Below, piece after piece: positions 45,886 to 55,901 of a stretch of 64,000 nt of DNA. The stretch is from positions 3,349 through 67,348 of the forward strand of contig JANQFA010000095.1 of NCBI GenBank assembly GCA_028278065.1. Direction: 5' to 3'. Source of the stretch: Myxococcota bacterium (GTDB lineage Bacteria; Myxococcota_A; UBA9160; JAFDET01). Position 1 is the stretch's first letter, and each line of letters opens with the position of its first letter. The notes below the pieces were generated by a model that had not been told where the DNA came from, did no database searches, and saw only the letters and a program-made list of their open reading frames with translations. The position numbers were made by a program, and so were the translations under genes.

Positions 45886-46833
45886 CTAGCGCTTCTTCTT
45901 CTTCCGCCCGGCCTCGCCGGTGGGAGCGCCTCCGCCATAGCGCCGCTCGAGTGCCAGGAGCACCGGCGCGGCGATGTAGATCGACGAGTAGGTTCCGACC
46001 AGGATGCCGATCGTCATCGCCAGCGCGAAGGGCCGGATGACCTCGCCGCCCAGCACGAGCAACGAGAGCACGGCCAGCATCGTCGTGCTCGACGTGAGGA
46101 TCGTGCGCGACAGGGTCTGGTTGACCGAGAGATTGAGCACCTCGTCCAGATCCGCGGTGCCGCGCAGCTCCATGTTCTCGCGGATGCGGTCGTAGACGAT
46201 GATCGTGTCGTTCAGGCTGTAGCCGATGATCGCCAGCAGGGCCGCCAGCACACGCAGGTCGAACTCCATGCCCAGGATCACGAAGATCCCCGCGGTCATC
46301 AGCACGTCGTGGACGAGGGCCACGACCGCGCCCGGGGCGAAGCGCGCCGAGAAGCGGAAGGCCACGTAGACCAGGATCAGGGCGCAGGCCAGAAGGAGCG
46401 CGTTGAGCCCGTCGCGGCGCAGCTCGGCCCCCACCCGGGGGCCGACGAACTCGACCCGATCGACGATGATCGACCCGTAGCGTTTCTCGAGGGCGTCCTT
46501 GATGCGGTCGACGTGCTCGCCCTTCTCGCCCGGCTCGCCCGCGAAGCGCACCGAGAACTCCTGACCGCCCAGATCGCCGAAGCGCACCACCACCGCGTCC
46601 GGGACACCGGCGGCGGCCAGCACGTCCCGGATGCCGGACTCCTCGGCGTCCGAGTCGTCGGCGAAGCGGACGAGCATCTCGGTGCCGCCGGCGAAGTCGA
46701 TTCCCAGCCGGATCCCGTTGACCGGAACGGCGATCGCCCCGGCCAACAAGAGCCCGAGGGAGACGGCCAGGGCGATCTTCCACTTCCCGATGAAGTCGTA
46801 GTGGGTGCCGGGCTTGACGATCTCGAACGGCAC
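45886..46833 (-). CDS. secF: Protein translocase subunit SecF
   Basis: Full-length SecF-like sequence directly downstream of secD. Confidence 0.95.
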   Translation of the reverse strand: MPFEIVKPGTHYDFIGKWKIALAVSLGLLLAGAIAVPVNGIRLGIDFAGGTEMLVRFADDSDAEESGIRDVLAAAGVPDAVVVRFGDLGGQEFSVRFAGEPGEKGEHVDRIKDALEKRYGSIIVDRVEFVGPRVGAELRRDGLNALLLACALILVYVAFRFSARFAPGAVVALVHDVLMTAGIFVILGMEFDLRVLAALLAIIGYSLNDTIIVYDRIRENMELRGTADLDEVLNLSVNQTLSRTILTSSTTMLAVLSLLVLGGEVIRPFALAMTIGILVGTYSSIYIAAPVLLALERRYGGGAPTGEAGRKKKKR

Positions 46834-46842
46834 GGGTGCTCC

Positions 46843-48435
46843 CTAGATCGAAAGCGTGTCGAGGCGGCGATCGCCCCGCACGTAGAGGTCGAAGAGAAGG
46901 CGGGTCAGCACCAGCGCAGCGAAGACGCTGGTGACGATCCCGATCGAGAGGGTGACGGCGAATCCCTTGATCGGACCGGTCCCGAACTCGTACAGCACCA
47001 GGGCCGTGATCAGGGTGGTGATGTTCGCGTCGAGGATCGTCCAGCGCGCCTTGTTGAAGCCGGTATCGACCGCGGCGCGCGGGAGCTTCCCGGAGCGGAG
47101 CTCCTCGCGAATGCGCTCGAAGATGATCACATTGGCGTCGATGGCCATGCCGACCGTCAGCACCAGGCCCGCGATGCCGGGAAGGGTGAGGGTCGCGGCG
47201 ATCTCCGGCAGCGACATCAGCCCGATGATGAGCACCAGGTTCACGCTGAGCGCCACGCTCGCGAAGGCACCGGCCCTCCGGTAGTAGAGGACGGTGAAGA
47301 AGACGACCAGCAGCAGGCCCGCGATCGAAGCGCGCAGCCCGCGGCGGATCGAGTCCGCCCCCAGCGCGGGTCCGACCGTGCGCTCCTCCTCGATCACCAC
47401 GGGAACCGAGAGCGATCCGGCGCGCAGGACGATGGCCAGGTCCGAGGCCTCCTCGGTGGTGAAGCGGCCCTCGATCTGACCGCTCATCGAGATCCGGCTG
47501 CGGATCACCGGGGCGCTCTCGACGTTCTCGTCCAGGATGATCGCGAGCTGCTTCTGCTGGTTGGCCTCGGTCAACGCGCCGAAGATCTCGCCGCCCTCGG
47601 GCGTCCAGCGGAAGCGGACGATGGGGCGCTGGCGCTGATCGAAGCCGACGCGGGCGTCGGCCAGGTACTTGCCGGTGATGGCGGCCTCGCTGCTGACCAG
47701 GTAGGCGACCACGGGGCGCTCGGTCTCGGGATCGCGCTCGAAGGCGATCGCCGTGTTCTCGGGAAGCCCGTTCGGGTACTTGGAGCGCAGCAGCTCCTCG
47801 GAGTTGGCCTGGTCCTGCACGATCTTGAACTCGAGGAGGCCCGTCACCTCGAGGATGTCGCGGGCACGCTCCCGGTCCACCTCGCCGCCGGGGATCTGGA
47901 CCAGCACCCGGTCGGTTCCCTGCCGCGTCACGACGGACTCGGCGATGCCCTTGGCCGGATCGGAGACCCGGTTGCGCAGCACCTCCAGGACCTGCTGCAT
48001 CGCGCGCTCGCGCACCTCCTGCTGCCAGTCGTCGGCGATCCGCCAGGTCACCGAGCTGGCCTCCCGGGACACCTCCGCGAGCACCCCGCTCTCCACGGCG
48101 ACCTTCTCGGCGGCCTCGCGCTGCTCCGGGCTGCCGCCGCGCAGCACCAGGTGCGGCTCCTCCACCGCGAACTCGGGACCGAAGACGTCGTCCTCGGAGA
48201 GCTGCTCGCTGAAGCTCCCGCGCAGGTAGGTGAGCTCCTGGCGAAGGGCCTCGTCCAGCTTCACGCCGATCACCCAGTGGATGCCCCCGCGCAGGTCGAG
48301 ACCCAGGCGCATCCCCTGATCGGGGATCACTCCGCTCTGGAGGCGGGTCTCCTCGGAGACCGTGTTGCCGAACGCGAAGAAGCCGATGAAGGCGATCAGC
48401 ACGCCGACCAGGATGGCGCGTCCGCGAACGCTCAC
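46843..48435 (-). CDS. secD: Protein translocase subunit SecD
   Basis: Full-length SecD-like sequence (LGLDLRGGIH.., ..TLPGIAGLVLTVGMAIDANVIIFERI). Confidence 0.95.
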   Translation of the reverse strand: MSVRGRAILVGVLIAFIGFFAFGNTVSEETRLQSGVIPDQGMRLGLDLRGGIHWVIGVKLDEALRQELTYLRGSFSEQLSEDDVFGPEFAVEEPHLVLRGGSPEQREAAEKVAVESGVLAEVSREASSVTWRIADDWQQEVRERAMQQVLEVLRNRVSDPAKGIAESVVTRQGTDRVLVQIPGGEVDRERARDILEVTGLLEFKIVQDQANSEELLRSKYPNGLPENTAIAFERDPETERPVVAYLVSSEAAITGKYLADARVGFDQRQRPIVRFRWTPEGGEIFGALTEANQQKQLAIILDENVESAPVIRSRISMSGQIEGRFTTEEASDLAIVLRAGSLSVPVVIEEERTVGPALGADSIRRGLRASIAGLLLVVFFTVLYYRRAGAFASVALSVNLVLIIGLMSLPEIAATLTLPGIAGLVLTVGMAIDANVIIFERIREELRSGKLPRAAVDTGFNKARWTILDANITTLITALVLYEFGTGPIKGFAVTLSIGIVTSVFAALVLTRLLFDLYVRGDRRLDTLSI

Positions 48436-48761
48436 GAGTCCTCTCCCTCCTTCGCCTTGATCACGCGGTCCACCCGGGCCCGGTCCACCTTGACCCTCAC
48501 GCGCTCTCCCTTGAGCGCTGCGATCTCGACCGTCAGCACGTCGTCGGTCACGCCGGTCACCTTGCCGTGGATCCCGCCGCTCGTGACCACGCTGTCACCC
48601 CTCTGGATCGCCGCGAGCTCCGCTTCGTGCTCCTTCTGCCGCTTCTGCTGCGGCCGGATGAGAAGCAGATAGAAGATCAAGAAGATCGCGATCATGGGGA
48701 CGAAGAACGAGAAGTCGCCCCCCGGCTGGGCCTGCAACGGAATCGCCGCCAGCGTGTTCAT
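48432..48761 (-). CDS. yajC: Preprotein translocase subunit YajC
   Basis: IFYLLLIRPQQKRQKEH...GDSVVTSGGIHGKV. There is a 4-nt overlap with secD. Confidence 0.9.
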   Translation of the reverse strand: MNTLAAIPLQAQPGGDFSFFVPMIAIFLIFYLLLIRPQQKRQKEHEAELAAIQRGDSVVTSGGIHGKVTGVTDDVLTVEIAALKGERVRVKVDRARVDRVIKAKEGEDS

Positions 48762-49879
48762 AGCTCCTCTCCGAATCCCCAGTCACCGCGTAGCCGCGCG
48801 CCGGGATAGAACCACGCGAGGATTTCCCGGTAGTCGGCCCCGCGCTGGGCCATGGCCCGGGCGCCCCACTGGCTCATCCCGACCCCATGGCCGTACCCGG
48901 AGCCCACGAACAGGAACTCGCCGTCGTCTCCGCGTACCTCGAACATCGTGCTCGGCAGCCGTCCGGCTGCCCGCCGCAGATCCCGACCGGACACCGTGGC
49001 CGCGCTCCGGGTCCCGCGCACCTCGGCACGCTTGACCCGGCCGCTCGGCGACCGCTCGACCACCCGCACCTCCCGCACTCGCCCCACCGGCCATCCCAGG
49101 CCGGCCAGGGCCCGGCCAAGATTCGCGGCCGAAACCGGTATCCGCCAGTAGGTATCGGGCGAAACCTCCTCACCGTCCACCCGGACGCTGACCAGGTAGG
49201 GAACGGGCTGGCCCCAGACCTCCTCCGCGCTGGCGGTGCGGCCGCCCGAGGCCGAGTGATACGCGGCCAGGATGGGCCGGCCCTCCCAGACCAGCACCTC
49301 TCCGCGGGTGTCGGCCACCGCGCGGGCCGCCTCTTCGGCCTCGGCGTCCATCCCCCCGTAGACCTGACTGGCGGTTCCGGAGGTCAGGTCCCACATGCCC
49401 TCGCGGCCCTGCTCGCCCCGGTGCAGCGCGTAGCTGCGGGCGACCACCGCCTGGGCCTGCAGGACCGCCGCGTCCCAGCCGGGGTAGACCTCCTTGAGGA
49501 GGGTTCCCTCCAGATAGCGCTCGAGGGGCAGCTCGTTGACCACGTGGAGGCCGCCGTCGCTGCGGGTGACGACCACGCGGCCCCGATAGCGCCCCTTCCC
49601 GACGCGAATCGGGCCCGGCAGGGCGATCCGTGTCGCCGTGGGTCGGCCGTTGCGGAGGAGCTTGCCCCCGGGTCCCGGCCGGTAGCGAGCCTCGCCCACC
49701 TGCACGGCGTCCTCTCCCGCGTGCAGGAGCACCCGGACCACCGGCTCTCCGCCCCGGGCCCCGTCGGCGCGGACGAGGCTCGCGGGCAGGAGTGCAGCCA
49801 CGGCCAGGGCTGCGAGCGGCGCGCGGCGAAGACCCCCCATTCCGACGCGGGGTATCGCACGAAGTGCGCGACTTTTCAA
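48758..49879 (-). CDS. SpoIID/LytB domain protein
   Basis: VVARSYAL.., AAYHSASGGRTASAEEVWG..PYLVSV and GHGVGMSQWGA motifs. Confidence 0.85.
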   Translation of the reverse strand: MKSRALRAIPRVGMGGLRRAPLAALAVAALLPASLVRADGARGGEPVVRVLLHAGEDAVQVGEARYRPGPGGKLLRNGRPTATRIALPGPIRVGKGRYRGRVVVTRSDGGLHVVNELPLERYLEGTLLKEVYPGWDAAVLQAQAVVARSYALHRGEQGREGMWDLTSGTASQVYGGMDAEAEEAARAVADTRGEVLVWEGRPILAAYHSASGGRTASAEEVWGQPVPYLVSVRVDGEEVSPDTYWRIPVSAANLGRALAGLGWPVGRVREVRVVERSPSGRVKRAEVRGTRSAATVSGRDLRRAAGRLPSTMFEVRGDDGEFLFVGSGYGHGVGMSQWGARAMAQRGADYREILAWFYPGARLRGDWGFGEEL

Positions 49880-49906
49880 GGAAAGACCGGCTCGGGCCGG
49901 ACGGGG

Positions 49907-51067
49907 TCAAGCGTCGCGGCGCAGGGCCTCCGCCTTGCCCGTCTCCTCCCAGGGGAACCCCTGATTCTCGCGCCCGAAGTGGCCGAAGGCCGCGGTGGCC
50001 TGATAGATCGGGCGCAGCAGGTCGAGCCCCTCGATGATTCCGCGCGGGGTGAGGTCGAAGTGCTTGCGCACCAGCCGATCGAAGTCGGCTTCGCCGATGC
50101 TGCCCGTGCCGAAGGTGTCCACCCGGATCGAGACCGGCTCGGCCACACCGATCGCGTAGGCGAGCTGCACCTCGCAGCGCCGCGCCAGGCCGGCCTTGAC
50201 CAGGTTCTTGGCCACCCAGCGGGCGGCGTAGGCGGCGCTGCGGTCCACCTTCGAGGGGTCCTTGCCGGAGAACGCACCGCCACCGTGGCGCCCCATCCCG
50301 CCGTAGGTGTCCACGATGATCTTGCGCCCGGTCAGGCCTGCGTCGCCCAGCGGACCGCCCACGACGAAGCGGCCGGTGGGGTTGACGTGGAAGACCGTGT
50401 CGTCGTCGAGAAGCTCGGAGGGAAGCGTGGGACGGATGATCTGCTTGATCACGTCCTTGCGGATCTGGTCGTGCGAGACGTCCGGATCGTGCTGGGTCGA
50501 CAGCACGACGGCCGCAATCCGCACGGGGCGCTCGCCATCGTACTCGACGGTGACCTGCGACTTGGCGTCGGGGCGCAGGTAGGCGATCTCGCCGGACTCG
50601 AGGGCGCCGCGCTGCGCCTCCATGAGCCGATGGGAGAGCCGGATCGGCATGGGCATCAGCTCCGGCGTCTCGTCGCAGGCGAAGCCGAACATCATGCCCT
50701 GATCGCCCGCACCCTGCTCCTTGTGCAGGCCCTCCCCTTCGGAGACCCCCATCGAGATGTCGGCCGACTGCTGTCCCAGGGCCACCTGTACGCCACAGGT
50801 GCCGCCGTCGAAGCCCTTCTCCGAGTGGTCGTAGCCGATGTCGAGCACGACCTGACGCACGAGCTGGGGAAGCGCCACCTGAGCGGAGGTGGTCACCTCG
50901 CCCGCCAGCATGACGAGCCCGGTCGTGGTCAGCGTCTCGCAGGCGACGCGCGACTTCGGGTCCTGCGCCAGCATGGCGTCGAGCACCGCATCGGAGATCT
51001 GATCGCACATCTTGTCCGGGTGGCCCGGCGAGACCGACTCGGACGTGAACAGGGAGCGCTTCGACAT
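49907..51067 (-). CDS. metK: S-adenosylmethionine synthase
   Basis: ATG at 51067 lies within ORF 49907..51262. [20 protein letters not shown].., [16 protein letters not shown]. Confidence 0.95.
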   Translation of the reverse strand: MSKRSLFTSESVSPGHPDKMCDQISDAVLDAMLAQDPKSRVACETLTTTGLVMLAGEVTTSAQVALPQLVRQVVLDIGYDHSEKGFDGGTCGVQVALGQQSADISMGVSEGEGLHKEQGAGDQGMMFGFACDETPELMPMPIRLSHRLMEAQRGALESGEIAYLRPDAKSQVTVEYDGERPVRIAAVVLSTQHDPDVSHDQIRKDVIKQIIRPTLPSELLDDDTVFHVNPTGRFVVGGPLGDAGLTGRKIIVDTYGGMGRHGGGAFSGKDPSKVDRSAAYAARWVAKNLVKAGLARRCEVQLAYAIGVAEPVSIRVDTFGTGSIGEADFDRLVRKHFDLTPRGIIEGLDLLRPIYQATAAFGHFGRENQGFPWEETGKAEALRRDA

Positions 51068-51116
51068 GGTTTCCCCCGGGCTCGGGTGACGGCGACGCCG
51101 GAGGGTACGGAACCCG

Positions 51117-51395
51117 TCAGGCTCCTTCAATCGAAGCCGGGTTCTCGAGCAGATCGCCGAGCGCCCGGACCGCCTCCTCGGCCTGCGCCCCCACGGCGCG
51201 GATGCGCAGACGCGTACCGTGGGCTGCAGCGAGGGAGAGGAGCGACAGCACGCTGGTGCCACTCACCCACTCCTCGCCGCGCGCCACCTCGACTTGCGCG
51301 TCGAACTTGCCGGCCAGCGTCACGAATCTGCCGGCCGGGCGCGCATGCAGCCCCAGCTCATGGCCCACCACGAACACCGCGACGAACTCGCTCAC
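51117..51395 (-). CDS. ptsH: HPr/NPr phosphocarrier protein
   Basis: GLHARPAG active-site His motif, 92 aa. Confidence 0.9.
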   Translation of the reverse strand: MSEFVAVFVVGHELGLHARPAGRFVTLAGKFDAQVEVARGEEWVSGTSVLSLLSLAAAHGTRLRIRAVGAQAEEAVRALGDLLENPASIEGA

Positions 51396-51802
51396 GCGGG
51401 CTCTTCCGGCAGGATCTGGCTCGCCACCGAGATGTTGCGCTGCCCATAGCTGGCGATGAATGGAGCCAGCTCCTCGAGCGGAGCCTTCTCGGTCAGGGTG
51501 GCGAGCTTGATCAGCATGGGCAGATTGACGCCGGTCACCACCTCGACGCGGTGCTCCTCGTGGAAGGAGAGCGCGATGTTGGACGGCGTCCCGCCGAACA
51601 TGTCGGTCAGCACGAGCACGCCGTCCCCGGCGTCCGCGCCGCGGATGGCGGCGGCGATCGCCGCGCGCATCTCGTCGACGCTCTGCTTCGGGTCCACCGC
51701 CACCGCCGCGATGGGCGGGTGCTCGGGCACGATCAGGTCCAGCGCCTGGAGGAACTCCTCGCCCAGCGCGTAGTGTGTGACGATGACGAAGCCGACGTTC
51801 AT
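51392..51802 (-). CDS. PTS EIIA component, mannose/fructose family
   Basis: MNVGFVIVTHYALGEEF.., ..LTDMFGGTPSN. The ATG at 51802 overlaps the rapZ stop (ATGA). The upstream part of the track ORF is a shadow frame. Confidence 0.85.
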   Translation of the reverse strand: MNVGFVIVTHYALGEEFLQALDLIVPEHPPIAAVAVDPKQSVDEMRAAIAAAIRGADAGDGVLVLTDMFGGTPSNIALSFHEEHRVEVVTGVNLPMLIKLATLTEKAPLEELAPFIASYGQRNISVASQILPEEPA

Positions 51803-52668
51803 CTTTCGCGCTCCAGCTCCCTGTGCTCCACGTTCACCTCCCTGCCGGTCGCACGGAGCTCTGCGGCCAGCGCATTCGCGATGGCCGGAGAGCGGTGCCT
51901 CCCCCCGGTGCAGCCGATCCCGATCGTAAGGTAGGCCTTCCCTTCGGCATCGTAGAGGGGCAGCAGGAAACGAAGCAAGCCGCGCAGCTCCTCGAAGAGA
52001 CCCTTCGCACGGGGGTTGTCCAGCACGAAGGCGGCCACCTCGGGCTCCTCCCCGGTGCGCGGGCGCAGATCCGCCTCGAAATGGGGATTGGGGAGGAAGC
52101 GGACGTCGAACATCAGCTCCGCCGAGGCGGGCGGGGTGTAGCGGAACCCGAAGGAGACCAGGTTCACCACCGTCGGCCGCGTGTCCCCGGCCGTCTGACG
52201 CACCACGGACTCCCTCAGCTGGTGGACGTTCAGGGCGGAGGTGTCGATCGAGACGTCGGCCCGGGCCGCGAGATCGGCCAGCAGACGACGCTCGGTCTCG
52301 ATCCCCTCCTCCACGGTGCCGCCCGGCGAGAGGGGGTGGACACGCCGGGTCTCGCGGTAGCGGGCCACCAGCGCCTCGTTCGAGCAGTCGAGGAACAGGA
52401 TCTCCACGCGGGCGCCGCGCTCGCGGAGATGCTCCACCACCTGGGGAAAGGCCTCCAGGAAGGACGGCTCCCGGGCGTCCAGGGCGGCGGCCACCTTCAG
52501 GATGGGCGGCGTGGCCTTCCCGCAGAGGTCGACGAACTGCTCGACCAGGACCGGCGGAAGGTTGTCGACGCAGTAGAAGGACAGGTCCTCGAGGGCGGCC
52601 ATGGCGGTGGTCTTGCCGCTCCCCGACAGCCCGGACACGAAGATGACGTGGACGTCGGGGGCGCTCAC
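51799..52668 (-). CDS. rapZ: RNase adapter protein RapZ (YhbJ)
   Basis: VSGLSGSGKTTA..LEDLSFYCVDNLP.., ..GCTGGRHRS. Confidence 0.9.
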   Translation of the reverse strand: MSAPDVHVIFVSGLSGSGKTTAMAALEDLSFYCVDNLPPVLVEQFVDLCGKATPPILKVAAALDAREPSFLEAFPQVVEHLRERGARVEILFLDCSNEALVARYRETRRVHPLSPGGTVEEGIETERRLLADLAARADVSIDTSALNVHQLRESVVRQTAGDTRPTVVNLVSFGFRYTPPASAELMFDVRFLPNPHFEADLRPRTGEEPEVAAFVLDNPRAKGLFEELRGLLRFLLPLYDAEGKAYLTIGIGCTGGRHRSPAIANALAAELRATGREVNVEHRELERER

Positions 52669-53180
52669 CCTTCGCCGTCCCTCTCGACCCGGGCCAGTCG
52701 ATCGACCGCGTGCTCGCCGCGCCCCCGAGACCGGTGATCGCGGGCGACGATCTCGAGGAGGGTCGCCATGCTCGTGGCGGGACGCACCGGCAGCACCAGG
52801 CAGGGGATCTCCACGTCGGCGAAGCGCTCGCGAGCCCGTTCCAGGCCCACACGCTCGTAGTCGGCCCCGTCACGCCACCTCTCCAGGCGCACCGCCACGT
52901 TCACCTCGCCCTCACCGCGCACGCTGTCGGGCCCGTAGAGGTCCGGAACATACAGGAGTCCGAGGCCGCGGATCTCGGTGAAGTGACGGATCCGCTCGGG
53001 TGAGTGGCCCATCAGGCGACCGTCCTTGGCCACGAGCCGCACCACGTCGTCCGCCACCAGGCGGTGTCCGCGGGTGACCAGCTCGAGCGCGCACTCGCTC
53101 TTGCCGATGCCGCTCGGCCCGAGCAGGAGGATTCCCACGCCGAGCACCTCGACCAGCACTCCGTGGGTCTGGGTCTCCAC
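52665..53180 (-). CDS. hprK: HPr kinase/phosphorylase, short (C-terminal domain only) form
   Basis: HGVLVEVLGVGILLLGPSGIGKSE..LVADD. At 171 aa it lacks the N-terminal domain of the Firmicute enzyme. Confidence 0.85.
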   Translation of the reverse strand: METQTHGVLVEVLGVGILLLGPSGIGKSECALELVTRGHRLVADDVVRLVAKDGRLMGHSPERIRHFTEIRGLGLLYVPDLYGPDSVRGEGEVNVAVRLERWRDGADYERVGLERARERFADVEIPCLVLPVRPATSMATLLEIVARDHRSRGRGEHAVDRLARVERDGEG

Positions 53181-53213
53181 CCCGGTCCCCCCCGTGAAAC
53201 GCCCGACGTCCCG

Positions 53214-53675
53214 CTAGAACTTGGCGTCCTCTTCCTCGATCGCCCGACAGACGTCCTCGACCGACTCCGCATCGTTCAGCCGAGCGCGAAAGGCCGCGTC
53301 GCGGAAGAACCGCGAGATCCGCGCGAGCGCCTTCAGATGCTGCCCGCCGGAATGCTCGGGAACCACGAGCAGGAAGAACAAGTGGGTGGGCTGGCCGTCG
53401 ATCGAGTCGAAGTCGACGCCGCCGCGGCTGCGCGCGAACGAGGCCACCAGGCGGCCGAGACCCGGGAGCTTGCCGTGGGGGATCGCCACCCCCTCGCCGA
53501 TCCCGGTGCTCTGGAGGGCCTCGCGCTCCTCCAGCACCCGCAGCAGGGAGTCCGGATCGAGGCCGGACTCGGCGCCCGCCAGGGCGCGGGCCATCTCGCC
53601 CAGGATCTCCGACTTCGACTCGGACGCCAGGTCCAGCACCACGGCGTCCCGCACCAGGATGTCCATGATCTTCAC
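53214..53675 (-). CDS. ptsN: PTS IIA-Ntr
   Basis: TGIGEGVAIPHGK active-site region. Located directly downstream of rpoN. Confidence 0.9.
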   Translation of the reverse strand: MKIMDILVRDAVVLDLASESKSEILGEMARALAGAESGLDPDSLLRVLEEREALQSTGIGEGVAIPHGKLPGLGRLVASFARSRGGVDFDSIDGQPTHLFFLLVVPEHSGGQHLKALARISRFFRDAAFRARLNDAESVEDVCRAIEEEDAKF

Positions 53676-53687
53676 GACCGACTCCGC

Positions 53688-55154
53688 CTAGCCGATCTGC
53701 CGCCGCTTGGTGGACGACAGGATGTTCATGGCCTCACGGTACTTGGTCACCGTGCGCCGCGCGATATCGATGTTGCTCGCCTTGAGCATCTCCGCGATGC
53801 GCTGGTCCGAGAGCGGCCTCCGGGGATCCTCGTTTCCGATGATCTTGCGGATCTTCTGCTTGACGCTCTCGCTGGCAATCGCTTCGCCTTCGAAGCGATT
53901 GATGCTCGAGTTGAAGAAGTACTTCAACTCGAAGATCCCCTGGGGCGTGTGGACGTACTTGTTGGTGGTCACACGGCTCACCGTGGACTCGTGCATCTCG
54001 ATGTCTTCGGCCACGTCTCGCAGGTTGAGCGGCTTCAGATGGGCGACCCCGCGCTCGAAGAACTCGCGCTGGTACTTGATGATGCTCTGCATCACCTTGT
54101 AGATGGTTCGCTGGCGCTGGTGGATCGACTTGATGAGCCACAGGGCCGAGCGCATCTTCTCGCGCACGTACTCCCGGGTCTCCTTGGCCGCCCCCTCGCC
54201 GCGCTGGAGCACGTCCCGGTAGAGGTTGCTCACACGGAGCTTCGGCAGCCCGTCCTCGTTGAGCACGATGTGGAAGTCGTCGCCCACCTTGTACACGTAG
54301 ATGTCGGGCTCGATGTAGACGGGCTCCTCGCCGCCGAACGGCCGACCCGGGCGCGGCTCCAGGCTTCCCACCACGCGCGCGGCCGCGGCCACCTCTTCGA
54401 TCGTCACCGCCAGAGCGCGCGCGATGCCCCGGAAGTCCCGGCGCTGCAGCGCATCCAGGTGCTCGCCGACCAGCGCGACGACCAGCGGATCGTCGATCTG
54501 CAGCGCGCCGAGCTGGAGAAGCAGACACTCGCGCAGATCGCGTGCTCCGACCCCCGTCGGATCGAAGCCCTGCACGACCTCGAGCGCCTTCTCGACCTCG
54601 TCCGGCTGCACTCCGGCCTGGCGCGCGATCTCCTCGAGCCCGCTCTTCAGGTAGCCGTGCTCGTCGACGTTGCCGATGATCCAGCCGGCAGCCTGGCGGA
54701 TGGCATCCGGCACGTCGGCCAGCTGGAGCTGCCAGTCGAGGTGCTCGGCGAGGGTCTCGCGCCGCGTGTGCGTCGCCTCGAGGGAGCGGCGCTCGTCCTC
54801 CTCCCGCATGCCACCCGGAGCCGCCGTCTGCGGGTGCGAGTCGACGTAGTTCTGCCAGTCGATGTCCTCGAGCTTCTGGGCCTCGGCGTTGTCGGGCGAG
54901 GGCACGTCGTCCAGCGAGGCCACCGCAGCCTCGGTCTCGAGCGGAACCTCGCTCTCGGCGCGCTCCTCGACCGCCTGCCGGTCCTCGTCGGCGCCGTCCA
55001 CCTCCTCCAGGACCGGGTTCTCCTGGAGCTCCTGCTGGACCATGTCCACCAGCTCGATCTGCGACAGCTGCAGGAGCTTGATCGCCTGCTGCAGCTGCGG
55101 CGTCATCACCAGCTGTTGGGACAGGCGAAGCTGCTGCTTGAGCTCGATGGCCAT
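53688..55154 (-). CDS. rpoN: RNA polymerase sigma-54 factor
   Basis: The N-terminus MAIELKQQLRLSQQLVMTPQLQQAIKLLQLS and the C-terminal RpoN box ARRTVTKYR. Confidence 0.95.
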   Translation of the reverse strand: MAIELKQQLRLSQQLVMTPQLQQAIKLLQLSQIELVDMVQQELQENPVLEEVDGADEDRQAVEERAESEVPLETEAAVASLDDVPSPDNAEAQKLEDIDWQNYVDSHPQTAAPGGMREEDERRSLEATHTRRETLAEHLDWQLQLADVPDAIRQAAGWIIGNVDEHGYLKSGLEEIARQAGVQPDEVEKALEVVQGFDPTGVGARDLRECLLLQLGALQIDDPLVVALVGEHLDALQRRDFRGIARALAVTIEEVAAAARVVGSLEPRPGRPFGGEEPVYIEPDIYVYKVGDDFHIVLNEDGLPKLRVSNLYRDVLQRGEGAAKETREYVREKMRSALWLIKSIHQRQRTIYKVMQSIIKYQREFFERGVAHLKPLNLRDVAEDIEMHESTVSRVTTNKYVHTPQGIFELKYFFNSSINRFEGEAIASESVKQKIRKIIGNEDPRRPLSDQRIAEMLKASNIDIARRTVTKYREAMNILSSTKRRQIG

Positions 55155-55169
55155 CGTCGCTTCCCCGGC

Positions 55170-55901
55170 TCAGAGGAGCCGGAAGTTCTCCCCCAGGTAG
55201 ATCTCCCGAACGCGCGGGTCGCTGGCTACCTCTTCGGGCGGACCTTCCCTGAGGATGACCCCTTCCTTGATGATGTAGGCGCGGTCGCACGAGGAGAGCG
55301 TCTCGCGGACGTTGTGATCCGTGATGATGATGCCGATGCCACGCGCCTTGAGCTGCTCGACCACCTTCTGGATGTCGATCACCGCGATCGGATCGATTCC
55401 CGAGAAGGGCTCGTCGAGCAGCATGAACTTGGGATCGAGCACCAGCGCGCGCGTGATCTCCACACGCCGCCGCTCCCCGCCGGAGAGCGTGTCGCCGCGC
55501 TGCTGCGCCTTCTCGCTGAGGCCGAGCTCGGCGAGGAGCTCGCGCAGACGCTGCTTGCGGACACCGGCATCGGACTCGACCGTCTCGAGGATGGCCATGA
55601 CGTTGTCCGCGACGGTGAGCTTGCGGAAGATCGACGCCTCCTGGGGGAGGTAGGTGATGCCCAGGCGTGCTCTCCGATACATGGGGAGATCGGTGATCTT
55701 CTCCCCGCCCAGGAAGACGTCGCCGGCGTCCGGGCGGACCGCGCCCACCATCATGCTGAAGCTGGTCGTCTTGCCGGCGCCGTTCGGCCCCAGGAGTCCC
55801 ACCACTTCGCCGGGGGCGACCTGGAGGTCGATGCTGGAGACGACCTCCTTGCCCCCGTAGCGCTTCACCAGGCCCTGGGCGACCAGCGTCGTCGCGCTCA
55901 C
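55170..55901 (-). CDS. lptB: LPS export ABC transporter ATP-binding protein
   Basis: GPNGAGKTT, LSGGERRRVEI, LLDEPF. Confidence 0.95.
   Translation of the reverse strand: MSATTLVAQGLVKRYGGKEVVSSIDLQVAPGEVVGLLGPNGAGKTTSFSMMVGAVRPDAGDVFLGGEKITDLPMYRRARLGITYLPQEASIFRKLTVADNVMAILETVESDAGVRKQRLRELLAELGLSEKAQQRGDTLSGGERRRVEITRALVLDPKFMLLDEPFSGIDPIAVIDIQKVVEQLKARGIGIIITDHNVRETLSSCDRAYIIKEGVILREGPPEEVASDPRVREIYLGENFRLL

Noticed and set aside
51068-51116. A SAM riboswitch upstream of metK
   Set aside because: Only 49 nt separate the metK start from the HPr stop, which is too short for any known SAM riboswitch class. No conserved core is visible.
53676-53687. An hpf/raiA gene between rpoN and ptsN
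   Set aside because: The interval is 12 nt, so no such gene is present here.
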